Shown here: positions 26,101 through 39,369 of the stretch, in pieces
Layout of the letters: every line of letters starts with the position of its first letter
How positions within the stretch are numbered: position 1 is the first letter of the stretch
From: Camelus ferus
Lineage: Eukaryota
Reading direction: 5' to 3'
DNA length: 64,000 nucleotides
Assembly: GCF_009834535.1 (NCBI RefSeq)
Contig: NC_045697.1
Span: forward strand, 105,030,001 to 105,094,000
The notes under the pieces: model-generated
Told to the model about the DNA's origin: nothing
Databases searched by the model: none
What the model saw: only the letters and a program-made list of their open reading frames with translations
Made by a program: the position numbers and the translations under genes

Positions 26101-27913
26101 TGGTTGCTAGTTTTTAATCAATGAACCAAAACAAAAACTGAGTAAGTCAAATGGGCCTATTCATTTGTAGTGGCACTAAGTAAATAATGCAGACCTTGAT
26201 ACATGAAGCTCACCTTTTTCATCAGTACACACCTTTCATCTCTCTCTGTCATTCTGATGTCCTTTGCTTTGTTTATACCAAGGTTTAATGTGACTTTGTA
26301 TGCCCGGTCACTGCTCTCTGTAGTTAGAGGGATGGTCATGACGACAGAGAGAGCAGCTCTGCCCTGCCGGCCCCTCAGCACGAATGCCTTCAAGGAGACA
26401 CATGGCCAGGCTGGGGGTGGGGGGGCGGGGGGAGTCGCTATACCGACTCCCAGCCTGGCTTTCCTGGTAGATACCAGGCTAGACGGCAAGGCAGGAACCC
26501 TAAATACTAAGAGCCCACGTGATTAGTAATCGGAGAAAGCCCTGTGCGTGCACTCGCTGCCTTTTCACTCTGTACAGGATGCATCTGCTGGGACCACAGA
26601 ACTTCTGCTGGACGCTCAGCATAACTTCTCCAGCCTGACGTCAGGGTCACAGTGCAACTGGGGACACTGCAGCTCTTGGGCACTGTCAGTACCTCTTCCC
26701 CCCCTCTCTCCACAGAGCCATCTCCAAGGGCTGGCCAGGAGCTGTGCCCTGTCCCCACCACAAGCTACGGTCTCTTTGGGTGCCATGCAGGGAGGGTTTG
26801 GCACTGCTGTTCTAAGGTCACACCATCTGTGAGCAGTGACGGAATGCCTGAATGACAATAGCCTCTCTGAAGCAGGGTTGGTGTGGTTTTGACAGCCTAC
26901 TTGTGTCTCTTAAGTAAGTTTGCTGCCAACTCCACAACTTTCTCCAAGTTAGGATCAAACTTTTGCCTGAAATCAGCACTGGGGGAAGGTTTGAAGCTTT
27001 ATTTTCAAAGATCAGAATTTTAGCCAGCTATATTCATAGGGTTAGGGACAAACAATACTTAGCTTCAACTCTAAATACTGTGCCAACAAGCATTTACCCC
27101 AGGTGTTCCCGCGACAGCCTCGTGAACACTGGAAGATGACACGCAGTGATTACGTAAGGGCCCTGGCCTTCAGCCAGAAGCCCCAGCCTCTCCCCAGCGC
27201 ACGCGAGGGCGGGGCAGGCTGGCGTGTGCACAGGCGGCGGCCCCTGCATGGCTGCTGGTGTCTCAGCAAAATGTGATGGTAACGTGGTCAGAGGTAACAA
27301 AGGACCCCCTCCCTCCCCGGGCAATTTAGCAGCATTTGTTTCAATACCCAGAAGACAAGGTTAGACCACTACTTAGGGATTCCCTCTAAAAACCCAAACC
27401 CTGCAGTGTGGCTTCTCCGCTGAGCTCTCCTAAAGGCTGAGTTTAGGAGAGTTCGGAAGGCCTACACACAACTGAGAGAAAGAAAGAGACCATCATGCAG
27501 TAATGTTAGCATCGTGGCAGCATAAGACGGGTCCTCCTTTTTGACCCCCCCTTTTAACAAAGAATTAGTCACTCATCAATGAACAAAAGCACGGTTGTGG
27601 GGCTCTGGGATCCATCACCACCTACAAAGGGCCCCGGGAGGAGTCTTGCCCGCTTGTGCCTCTGGTGCTAGGCAGGGGGACCCTGCCATGGGCTGTGGAA
27701 CTGGCAGAGCAGTGAACTTGCCCCAGCCCATCCTGCCATGGTAGGGAAAATACCTGGAGGCTGCTGACCTGGGCAGATACCCACTGACGAGAGAAACTGC
27801 AGAAAGCCAGCATACCATTGGAGCAATAAAAACAAATGGAAATGGAAAAAACTTTACCAGCACTGCCCCAGCCCTTGTGAGGCAATGCTGCAGGAGTCCA
27901 AATTATCAGGTAT

Positions 27914-28323
27914 TGTAATAGAAAAGAACAGATCTGACTCCATATTAGATCTGTTCCTTTGGCTTTAACCCTGCGCCCTGTTTCCTAGGCTTGGTCTGGC
28001 TAGCTCTACACTCATAGAGAATAACTTCTGTCTTGTTGGAGGTTTTGCAGGAGCATCATGACCTGGCCCACGTGGACGGCTGCAGGAACAAAAAAATTCC
28101 TACACCAAGAAGTTTGCCACCAACCACACCCCCTTCCCCTGTTTGTTTGAATAAAAGGAGCCTGCATTCTGACTAGAGCAGGATGGTTCTCCAAGACGTT
28201 AGTCTTCCACCCTCTCGGTCTGCCGGCTTTCCAAATAAAGTTGCTATTCCTTGCCCCGACACCTCGTCTCCTGATTTATTGGCCTGTTGTGTGGCGAGCA
28301 GAACGAGTTTGGACTCGGTAACA
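27914..28323 (+). mobile_element. Solo ERV1-class LTR, 410 bp
   Basis: TGTAA...TAACA termini. Perfect 4-bp TSD GTAT at 27910-27913 and 28324-28327. TATA-like AATAAAAG near 28150 and AATAAA at 28234-28239. Confidence 0.9.
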
Positions 28324-28599
28324 GTATTAGCAACCTTTGTCCAGCTACCCCAGTGGTGTAGGACAGACACAGCTGGAGAACCTGTTTCTCTCAAGCAGCA
28401 GAGTACTAAGGTGGGACCTCTAAAACTTGGGGAGGGAGGAGATTGGGAAAGAAGCAAATAAGATCAAAGGGTATTAAAGTGACCCACACCCATTAATACC
28501 TACCCATGAGCCTCTGAGGATCTCCCTAGAGGGTCCCCAGTTACCCACTAAAGCCCTGAGTGCTAAGCTTACACCTTCCCCTACTCTGTGGCCAGCAAG

Positions 28600-31500
28600 A
28601 AGCCACAAACTTGAACTATAGCACCGCCTCCTGGAAGACAAGAGAGGTGTCCAGAAGCCAGCCTGGTGAGCTGTAAGAATCAGAGACGACATAAAAGCTG
28701 AAGATTCTGCCACAGAGAAAGCAAAAAGAGAACCCCCAGACAACAGGAACACCACTGAACAGAATACCCCATCTGAACTCAACTAGCACAAACTGAAGGA
28801 GGTATCTGCCCCTTCCAGTGCAAAAAAACCCACAAAAAACAAAAAGGCAATGCAGTACTACAAAGAAATGAAAAGTCAAGAAAATATACCATCACCGAAA
28901 GATAATAATTCTCCAATAATTGAGCTCAAAGGCATGGAATTCAAAGGCATGGAATTTTGCAATCTAGCTAAATTCAAGAAAGCTGTTTTGAAGAAACTCA
29001 AAAGAGCTACAAGAAAACTCAGACAATTCAACAAAGTCCTGAAAAAATACAGGTTTAAAATGAGTTACTTACCAAAGAACCAGAAATCATAAAAAAAGAA
29101 CCAAGCAGAAAGCTTAGGAGCTCAAGGACTGAAATGAAGAAATGCTATAGACAGCATCTGCAGTGGAGCAGAACAAATGGAAGAATCACTATAACCGAGC
29201 AGGACCCTGTGGGGCCCTCCAGGGTCAGACCACTCACTCCCCCATACCCTCTGCTGCAGCTCCTCTCTGAAGTACCCAGATAATAGTGTCTCATATATAT
29301 TTCCCAAATTTTTCAGGTGCTTAAAACCACCGCTAAAGGGAAGAAGTTAGCTACTTGATGATCAAGAACGCATAGCCCCCAGACTTTCCAGCACCCAGGG
29401 GGTTGACACTGTTGAGTGCCCTGTTCCCTCCACTTCAGCCAATCAGAGGATTGTGCATGGGCTGATAACATATTCTGCAACATACCTCCCCCTTGCCCCA
29501 CCGCCACCACCTGGCCTTTAAATGTGCTTGGTGAAATCCTTTGGGGAGTTCAGCGTTTTCTTGGGCATGAGCCACCCCATCTTCCTTGCTCGGCCCTGCA
29601 GTAAACCCTTCTCTGCTCCAAACTTTGATGTTTCAGTTTGTCTGTCCTCATAGTTGCCTTCAGTAACATGAGTCGGAAGATTCTGAGATACTCAAAGGAA
29701 AGCAAAGAAGAGTGAAGAAAGCTTATGTGATTTAAGGGATTCCATCAAAAAAACCAAAAGTATTAGAAAAATTAGGGTTCCAGAAGAAGTAAAGAGAGGG
29801 AAGGGGGCAGAAAATTTATTTAAAGAAATAATAGGTGGGAACTTCCCAAACCTGAAGAGAGAAATGGACATCCAAGTTCACAAAGTTCCAAAATGACTCT
29901 TAATATCTCAATGCAAAAAGACTTACTCTAAGACACATTATAATAAAACTATCAAATAATCAAAGGTAAAGAATTCTAAAAACAGCCAGGGGAAAAAATA
30001 TTATAACCTACAAAAGAACTCCTCTCTGCAGAAATTCTACATACCAGGAAAGAGTGGAATATCTTATTCAAAGTGTTGAAAGAAAAATTGCCAACCAAGA
30101 ACTATCTGGCCAAGTTATCTTTCAAATACATAGGACAAAAAGACTTTCCAAGACAGACAAAAGCTGAAGGAGTTCATCTCCAGTAGACCTGTCTTGCAAG
30201 AAATTCTGAAAGGAATACTGCAGGCTGAAATCAATGGATGCTAATCAGTGACATGAAAACATACAAGAATGTACACACACCGGTAAAGGCAAATATAGAG
30301 GAAGACTTAGCATTTTCCAATTCTGTAACAGGATAGTGTGTTAACCACTTAACCATAATTTAAAGGTCAAAGGAAAAGAGTATTAAAATTATAATTACGG
30401 TAACTATAATTTGCTAAATACACAATATAAAAAGAGGTAGATAATGACATTAAAAATATAAAAGGGGGAGTAAAAGGGTAGAGCTTGTGTAGACAACTGA
30501 AGTTAGGTTGCCCTGAACTTAAAATGCACTGTTCTATCTATGCAATGTCTTACGTAAGCCTTACAGTAACCACAAACCAAAACACCTAGAGTAGACGCAT
30601 AACAGGTAGATACATGGGTAATGGAGCATACCACGATGGAAAATCACCCATCACAAAGGTGTGCAGAAACACAATGCAACCAGAGAACAATGACTAGGAT
30701 GGCATTACCAAGTTCTCTATACAAGCAATAACTCTAAATGTAAATCATTTAAATTCATCATCAAAAGATAGTGGATGGATGGGTAAAAAAAAAAAACAAA
30801 CCCCAACTATATGCTGCCTACAAGAGACTTACTTCAACTTTAAGGACACACACAGGCTCAGAGTGAAGGGATAGAAAAAGATGTACCATGCAAGTAGAAT
30901 CCAAAGGAAAGTGGAAGTGACTATACCTTTATCAGACAAAACAGACTTTAAGCTAAACATGGTAACAAGGGTCAAAGAAGGTCAGTATGTAACGATTTAG
31001 AGGTAAATTCATCAAGAAAACATAATTATGCTTATATACACATGCAACATTGGAGCACCTAAATATATTAAGCAAATACTAACATATCTGACAGAGTAGA
31101 CAGCAACACAATAATTGTAGGGGACTTCAAAACCCCACTTTCAGCAATGAATAGATGCAGACAGAAAGTCAAGAAGTAAACACCAGACTTGAACCAGGCA
31201 TTAGTACAAAGAGAGCTTAATAGAACATACTATGCAACAGAAGCAGAATATACATTCTTTTAATGTACACGTGGAACATTCTCCAGAACTGACCATATGA
31301 CAGAACACAAAATAAGTCTCGGCAGACTTCAGGAGATAGAGATCATACCAAGTAGTTTTCTGACCACAATGTTATGAAACTAGAAATCAACAAGAGGAAA
31401 GCTTGGAAAATCTACAAGTATGTAGCAATCAAACAACACACTCCTGTACAACCAGTGGGTCAAAGAAGAAATCAAAAGGGAAATTAAAAAAAAATCTCAA

Positions 31501-34500
31501 AACTAGTGAAAATGGAAACACAACATACCAAAACCTTTGGAATGCTGCAGAGGCAGTTCTGAGAGGAGTTTATGATGATAAATGCATATATTAAGAACAT
31601 TTCAAATAACCTAACTTTACACCTCAAGGGAGCAAGGGGAAAAAATGGACAGACTAAGCCCCAAGTTAGCAGAAGGAAGGAAATAACAAAGATCAGAGTA
31701 GAAATAAATGAAATAGAGACCAGAAAAACAATAGAAAAAAAAAATGAAGGTAAGAGCTGGTTTTTCAAAAAGATTATGAAAAAAAGTCAGAAGACTTAAA
31801 TCAGAAATGAAAGAGGAGACATTAAAATGGATACTACAGAAATACAAAGGATCATAAGAGGCTACTATGAATAATTATATGCTAACAAGTTGGACAACCT
31901 AGAAGAAATGAATACATTCCTAGAAATATATAAACTTCTTATACTGAATCAAGAAGAAACAAAATCTGAACTAATCAGTAACGAGTATGGAGACTGAATC
32001 AGTAATCAAAAATCTCCAAATATAGAAAACTTTGGACCAGGTGGCTTCATTGGCAAATTCTACCAAACATTTAAAGAATTAATATCAATACTTCTCAAAC
32101 TCTTCCCAGAAACTGAAGAAGAGGGGACACTTCCAAACTCATTTTACCAGGCCAGTGTTACCCTGACACCAAGCCAAAGACACTATAAGAAAACTATAGA
32201 CCAATATCCCTGATGAATATAGATGCAAAAGTTCTCAACAAAAGATTAGCAGGCAAAATTCAATAGTACATTATAAGGTAGAAATCATCCCTGAGATGCA
32301 AGGATGGTTCAACATATGCAAATTAATAAATGTGGTACACTACATTAACAGAATTAAAATAAAGATCATATAATCATCTCAATAGATGCAGAAAAAGCAT
32401 ATGATGAAATACAACATCCTTTCATGATAAAAATACTCAACAAATTTGGTATAGAGGGAACATACTTCAACATAATAAAGGCCATACCTGACAAACTCAC
32501 AGCTAACATCATACTCAATGGAGATAATTGAAAGCTTTTGCTCTAGTATCAGGTACAAGATAAGGATGCTGGACGCTCACCCCTCTTAACTGATAAAAGT
32601 ACTGGAAATCCTAGCCAGAGCAATTATGTAAGTCAAATAAATAAAGGCATCCAAGCCAGAAAAGAAGTAAAATGATCTCTATTTGCAGATATGATTCTAT
32701 ATATAGAAAATCCTAAAGACTCAACCCACAACCTTTGGAACAAATTAACAAATTCAGTGAAGCTGCAGGCACAAAATCAACATACAGAAATTAGTTTCAC
32801 TTTTATATACTAACAGTGGGACATCTGAAAAAGAAAGCTATCCCATTCACAGTAACTTCAAAACAATAACATACTTAGGAATAAATTTACCCAGAGAAGT
32901 GAAGGATTTGCACAATGAAAACTACATGACTCTGAGGAAACTGAAGACCCAAACAAATGGGAAGAGATCCTGTTTTCATGGGTCAAAAGACTTATATTGT
33001 TAAAATGTTCATACTACCCAAAGCCATCTATAGATTCAATACAATCCCTATCAAAATTCCAAGTTTTCACAGAAATAGAAAAAACAATCCTCAAATTTTG
33101 TATGAAACCACAAAAGACTTCAAAATAGCCAAAGCAGTCTTGAGAGTCAGAAGCATCACATGTCCTGATTTCAAACTATACTGCAAAGCTGTATTAATTA
33201 AAATAGTGTGGCAAATAGAGACACAGACAAATGGGCCAGGAAGAGAGCCCCAAAATAAACTCCTGCATATGTGATCGACTAATACCTGACAAGAGAGCCA
33301 AGAACACTCCATGGGGAAAGCACAGGTTCTTCAACAAGTGGTGCTGGGGAAACTAGAAAACCACACACAGAAGGATGAGACTGGACTCCTGCTTACACCA
33401 CTCACGAAAATTAACTCAAAATGGATTAAAGACTTAAACATCAGAGCTGATTCAGTAAGAATCCTAGAAGAAAACATAGGAAAAGAAGCTCCCTGACACT
33501 GGTCTTGGCAATGATTTTTTTGGATATACCCACAAAAGCATAAGTAACAAAAGCAAAGTTTAACAACAACAACTCCATCAAGCTAGAAGGCTTCTGCAGA
33601 ACAAAAGAAATAATCAAAAAAGAAAGAAAAGGCAAACTACAGAATGGGAGACAGTCTCTGCAAACCGTGTATCAGATAAGTGGTTAATATCCAAGATCTC
33701 ACTGATATCATTGTTAGATATCACTGTTAGAATGGCTATCACTGAGAAGACAAGAGAGAGTGTTACTGAGGATGTGAAGAAAAGGGAACATGTGTGCACT
33801 GCTGTTGCTGGGAATACAAAGTGGTTCAGCCACTGTGGAAAACAGAATGGAGGTTCCCCGAAACATTATATAACTAGAACTACCCCACAATCCAGCAACT
33901 CCAATCCTAAGTAAATATCTGAAGGAGATGAAAACAGGATATTGAAGAGATATATGCACTCTCACGATCCCTACAGCATTATTCACAATAGCAACAGATG
34001 AATGAAGAAAGATGATGTTGTATACATACACAATGAAATATTACTCTGCCATCAAAAAGAATGAAATCCTGCTATTTGCAACAGCATGGATGAGCTGGGA
34101 AGGTTTTATGCTAAGCAAGATAAGCCAGACAGAGAAAGACAAGTATTGTATGATCTCACTTAAATATGGACTCTTAAAAAAGCCAAACATAAAAACAGTA
34201 GAACAGTAGTTACCAGGGGGATGGGAGAATTGGGGAGGAGGTGTTTGAGGGTACAAACTTGCAACCTATAGATAAATAAGTCCTAGAGATCTAATGCTCA
34301 CCACAGTGATTATAGACAACAATACTGTTTTATAAACTTTAAAGTTGCTTAGAGACTAGATCTTAGTTGTTCCCACCACAAAAAAGAAATAATTATGTGA
34401 CATGATGGAGGTGTTAACTAATGCTATGGTAGTAATCATTTTGCAATACATAAATGTATCAAAGCAACATGTTGGATACCTTAAACTTGCAGAGTTATAT

Positions 34501-34526
34501 ATCAATTATATTTCAATTAAAAAAAA
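28600..34526 (+). mobile_element. Near-full-length decayed LINE-1 (ORF1 ~28850-30240, ORF2 from ~30700, L1MA9-like 3'UTR); 5' end uncertain
   Basis: Endonuclease motifs CLQET (~30815), GDFKTPL (31120) and SDHN (~31359). RT motif reduced to FAD-M at 32682-32693. Many stops and frameshifts. A-tail ends at 34526. Confidence 0.93.
29190..29668 (+). mobile_element. ERV1-like LTR nested in L1 ORF1
   Basis: TATAACCG...GTAACA ends (5' TG decayed), CCAAT box (agccaatcag), TTTAAA and AGTAAA signals. L1 ORF1 sequence resumes across it (aagaatcac / tgagtcggaaga). Confidence 0.8.
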
Positions 34527-35809
34527 GGTACCATCAGAAAAGTATCTAAAACAATCAGTTTTTAAATACTCACCAAAAGGCATTTCTTGGCCAAAAGCTT
34601 AGAGGTGAGTACACTTGGGGCATCAGCTGTGGGAGGCTTTGGGGGGAACTTAGTGGGGTGCTCTGGGGCCCTGAGCAAAGCTGCCAGCTGGAAGGGGTAG
34701 CTTTGGTTGGTTCCCTATTTCAAAAAACTGCCCTCCTCTGCCGAGGGCCAGCCCACATGGCCATGGGCATCTGGATTCGAGTGTGTCCCCACAGCAGGAG
34801 ACAAGGCTCAGTGGGGCTGTGTGCTCTGCTGTGAGCTGTGCTCCCCCGGTGACCCTGCTTCCAGAGAGGCCCCGCTGCCTGGCCAGTGAGGAAGGCAGGG
34901 TTGTACCATGAGGCTTCACAGGGCTGGTTCCTGACCCTCGGCTGGTGCAGGAATAAACTGGGCCAGACCCGGTGCCCGGGTAGGAATGGGCTGGCTGCTG
35001 GGGTGGGAAGGAGAATCTCAAGGAAAGCCAAGGTATTTCTGAAAACTCACCTCTGCCCCCAACCCTGTAGCATCTGACTGTTATCTGAGATTACATTTTA
35101 ATTTGTCCTTCATCACCATTTTTATAAAAAATTCAACACCAGTCATTGCTCTCCAGTCAGTGATAAACATTCAGTCTTCAAAACATGTCGTTTGGATGCT
35201 GTGCTAAGCAAGATGGGTTCAGTTTCCTTCTAACTTTTTTTTTTTAACTTGAATTTATTTAATTTCCACCCTGTTTTAAGTTTCCTTGTATTACAAGCCT
35301 CGTTCTAGATCATAGCTCCGCCTTCTTGTGAATAAGGTCTATTGTACATGCGAAACCCACAAAGAAAAATGACACAATGGAAAGGCAGAAAGTGGAGCTT
35401 AAAGATAAAGGGATAATTAGAACATTGCTGAACAAAAGAAATCTAATGAAAGGGTTGTGCCTGGAACGCACTGGCACGTTACTGTATATAGAAGTATGAA
35501 CTTTTCCTAATTCTGTTTTCCATTATTTCCTAGATCTTTCTTGCACAAGTACACTACACTGAGCACTGTAAAAATCTAAACCAATTCATATTTAAAAGTT
35601 ACCAACTTTAATATCTGGCTCCATCAAGATGAAGCAGTTAAACCTTTACTTCAATCTCCTGAAGAAAAGGAACACTGAGCAATAAAGGGGCAGACACCAC
35701 TGGCCAGGGCTAAAGGCCTCTTCTGATCCAAGTACGGATAAGACAGTAGACACCAAGGTGGCCGAATCTATTCCTTTGATTCTGTTGACACCAGTGAATG
35801 AATCAGAAG

Positions 35810-36113
35810 CCAGCAGAGTAGGGCCTCCAAGGCCAAATCTGGCCTAATCATTTTTGTAAGGTTTTTTTTTTTTTTTTTTTTTTTTTTACACTTTTAAATG
35901 GTTGGAAAAAAATCGAGACTATTTTGTGACATGCAAAAATTATAGGAAAAAAGTTTTCCTGGAATACAGCCATGCTCACTCACTTAGATATTATCTGTCG
36001 CTGCTTTCATGCTACAAAGGCAGAGCTGAGTAGCTGTGACAAAGCCTCTGGGGCCCACAAAGCCTGCAGCATTTACCAGCTGGTCCTTGATGGAAAAAAG
36101 TCTGCTGGCCCTG
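35810..36113. mobile_element. MER58-like hAT-Charlie DNA transposon, containing a ~26-nt poly-T
   Basis: Motifs ggccaaatctggcc, aagttttcctggaatacagccatgctca, ggcagagctgagtagctgtgac, ggcccacaaagcct. Confidence 0.75.
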
Positions 36114-36385
36114 GATTGGAAGGCATGCCAGAGATTTAGTAATAGCTAAGGGAGAGCAAGTTTTGGTTGCTGGCTGAAATAAATAAGTCAAGTATGAGAT
36201 GTCTCCTGACTTCAGAAATAGTAAATGTGGGGTGAAAAAAAGTCGTGGCTAGATCTGGTTTTCCAAATAAAATACAGATTCTCCGAGCCCTCAGGAAATG
36301 CTTTAGAAAGAATCCTTGTATGTAAGGGGGTTGAACGAGGTAACTGAAGGGTTTGTCCAACTTAAAGGCTCCAGAAGTTGTCTTT

Positions 36386-37402
36386 TAAATGACAAGGGCT
36401 TAATTTCCAGAATATATACACAGCTCATACAACTTAGTAAGAAAAAAAACAAACCCAATCCAAAAATGGGCAGAAGACCTAAACAAGCAATTCTCCAATG
36501 AAGACACAGAAATGGCCAATAGGTACATGAGAAAAATGCTCAATATCACTAATTATCAGAGAGATGCAAATCAAAACTACAATGAGGTATCACCTCACAC
36601 CAGTCAGAATGGCCATCACTCAAAAGTTCACAAACAATAAATGCTGGAGAAAAGGGAACCTTCCTACACTGTTGGTGGGAATATAGTTTGGTGCAGCCAT
36701 TATGGAAAACAGTATGGAGATTCCTCAAAAGACTAAAAACAGACTTAACCATATGACCCAGCATTCCCACTCCTGGCCATATATCCAGAGGGAACCTTAA
36801 TTCAAAAAGACACCAGCACCCCAATGTTCATAGCAGGACTATTTACAATAGCCAAGACATGGAAACAAGTTAAATGTTCATCAATAGATGACCAGATAAG
36901 AAGTTGTGGTATATTTACACAATGGAATACTACTCAGTCATGAAAAGGAATAAAATAATGCCACTTGCAGCAACATGGATGGACCTGGAGAATGTCATTC
37001 TAAGTGAAGTAAGCCAGAAAGAGAAAGAAAAATACCATATGATATCACTTATATGTGGACTAATTAAAAAAAAAGACAAATGAACATATTTATAGAACAG
37101 AAACAGACTCACAGACAGGAAACAAACTTGTGGTTACCAGAGTGGGGAAGGGGGTGAGAAGGGATAAATTGGGAGTTCAAGATTTTCAGATACTAACTAC
37201 TATATATAAAGTAGATAAACAACAAGTTTGTACTGGGAACTGCATTCAATATCTTGTAGTAACTTATGGTGAAAAAGAATATGAAAACAAATATATGTAT
37301 GTTCCTATATGACTGAAGTATTGTGCTGTACACCAGAAATTGACAGAACATTGTAAACTGACTACACTTCAAAGAAAATATATTAAACACACACACAAAA
37401 AA
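36386..37402 (+). mobile_element. Younger lineage-specific L1 3' fragment (~1 kb)
   Basis: Well-preserved ORF2 end (atgcaaatcaaaactacaatgaggtatcacctcacaccagtcagaatggcc), full 3'UTR, and A/CA-rich tail. Confidence 0.92.
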
Positions 37403-37497
37403 GTGGAGAGCTGCCATCACTCACATCTTCCATTATCTGCCATTGGTTTAGGAGTTATTTCCCTTTGACTCTAGTCCCTGCAGGTTACACACATTTA

Positions 37498-37877
37498 CTG
37501 TTGATCCTCACTGTTTGCAGGATTACATTCTATAAAGTCATTATCTACAGTGAATTAGCGAATACAGAAACTTTGCTCCTAGGGAAATGCAGGGTTAGGT
37601 TCCTGTGAGCTACGGGTCACAACATTTTCATTAAACGATCCATACATAACCTTGTTTCATGTGTGTTTCTGTGTAAAGAAACCTTATTCAATGTACGTGG
37701 CTGACTCAACACCTAACTCACAGCTAACAGCATCGTTTTAACTCCTGTTATAATGCTCTGTGCAAGTCTGTAAATGACCATGAAAGTGCCATGAGTGTTG
37801 ACTTGAGGGTTACAAATACATTTTAACTAGTAGGCAAACTCATGAATACGGACTTTGTACACAATGATGATCAGCTG
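37498..37877. mobile_element. MER82-like TcMar-Tigger element, internally deleted
   Basis: tgaattagcgaatac...ctcctagggaaatgcagggttaggttcctgtgagc...tcacaacattttca. Degenerate terminal inverted repeats (ctgttgatcctca / tgatgatcagctg). Confidence 0.75.
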
Positions 37878-38300
37878 GTGTGAAACTATATACCCTTTCT
37901 CGTCCCTTTAACCATGACCTTGATAAACAAAACTGATCAACGGGCATCTTCCCAGCCCTTTCATCCTTGGTCCTTTAAACTGATCTGCCTGAGTCTAAAA
38001 CAGCTCTGGGATATCAACACTCCCCTTTCCTATTGCCTAACAATGTCTCTCTCCCTTGTGAAATTTCTTCACTCTTTGTGTGTGTGTCTAGTTTGGCTTT
38101 AGTTTTAAGGTTCCTTTCCAGTGGATCGGCGAGTCTCCTGTTCCGAGTCCTCATGCCCTGCTCCACTGAACCCTTCTGCCCTGTGTGGCCCCACTGCCCT
38201 CTTCCACAGACACACGTGCTGAGTGCACCATGGCTGACCAAGGCTCTTCACTCTCATTATCTCCTCTGAGCAACACGATCTTAAGTCGATTAGCTTGAGC

Positions 38301-38490
38301 CCAGGACAGGCTGCATTACTTGCGGAGCCTGGTGCCAAATGAAACCTGGGCCCCCTGTTTAAAATTTACTAAGAACTTCAAGATGGCAAGGGCAGCACGT
38401 TGAGCCAAGAGTGAGGCCTTTTTATGTGCGGGGCTCTGAAGTGACAGCTGAGCCGCGGGGAACCACGGGGCTCACCAGGTGCCGGGCTGG
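38301..38490. mobile_element. MER45-like hAT DNA transposon relic
   Basis: gccaaatgaaa...ggccccctgtttaaaa...aagaacttcaagatggca resembles recalled MER45B. Confidence 0.5.
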
Positions 38491-39369
38491 CTCTGCCTGA
38501 CGCCCCCCACAGGTGCTCCGTGCCCGCCTCCGCTCCTGCCTTCAGGGCCTGCCTCACTTCAGGGACCAGGGAAAATGCGTGTGATCCCTCCCTGCCTTAA
38601 TTCTCCTCTCTCATAAAAAAGGGTAAAGAAATGAGTAAATATGACTATTATTCCCTTTTCAAAATGGAGAAAGGAACTGAGAGGAGGTGATTAAGTGTAA
38701 ATCGTAATATTTAGTCATCCCTGCCTCATGGAGGCATGAGAAGGATTTACTGATGGCATTAGGAAGAAAGGCACTAGGTAAATCCCAGGTATTATACAGG
38801 TATTTTACACTGAAAGAGGAGAGACTGAGGCCACCTCGGGTGAGAGGGATTTACTGACACAGGTGTTAGACAATGAGATCGGTTTCCAGAATCTTCCCTA
38901 GATAGTTTCAGATTAGGAGGAGGTTCCTGCACGTCGGACGTGATTTTCTAGGAGCATGGCTTCCAGGACCCTCAGTGGCTCTTTCTATCTGAAATTTTGT
39001 TTTTTTTTCCAGAAAGCTAGCCTTGAGGGATCATAAATCTCACCGAATCAGGTAGAAATGGAAAGCACAATTCCTTTAACCTCCCCACACAAGACAAGGT
39101 CCTAGTTTCTCCCCCGCATTCCTACAGCACGTTATTCTCTTGCAGATTTCCAAAACCAGCTGTGAACAGCAGCACACGTCCTGTGCATGTACTTATGAAA
39201 CTTACAAAATCAATGATGAGGCCAAAGGAATGGTTATAAGAAATAATGCTTTTTCCCTGCCTCTCTTTAAATAAATTGGGATCAGATATAACTTTTACTT
39301 TTGCCAGCTAAGGATTAAAAGAAACAAACCATTGTCTATTATCATTATAAGTTCATAGGAGAAAGACTT

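Noticed and set aside
26413..26432. G-rich tract with G-quadruplex potential (also the G12 run at 54359-54370)
   Set aside because: Isolated intronic G-runs on the non-coding strand of NR3C2, with no supporting context.
27926..27956. 10-bp inverted repeat GAACAGATCT...AGATCTGTTC
   Set aside because: Lies inside the LTR and is probably part of its consensus. Spacing is wrong for a hormone response element.
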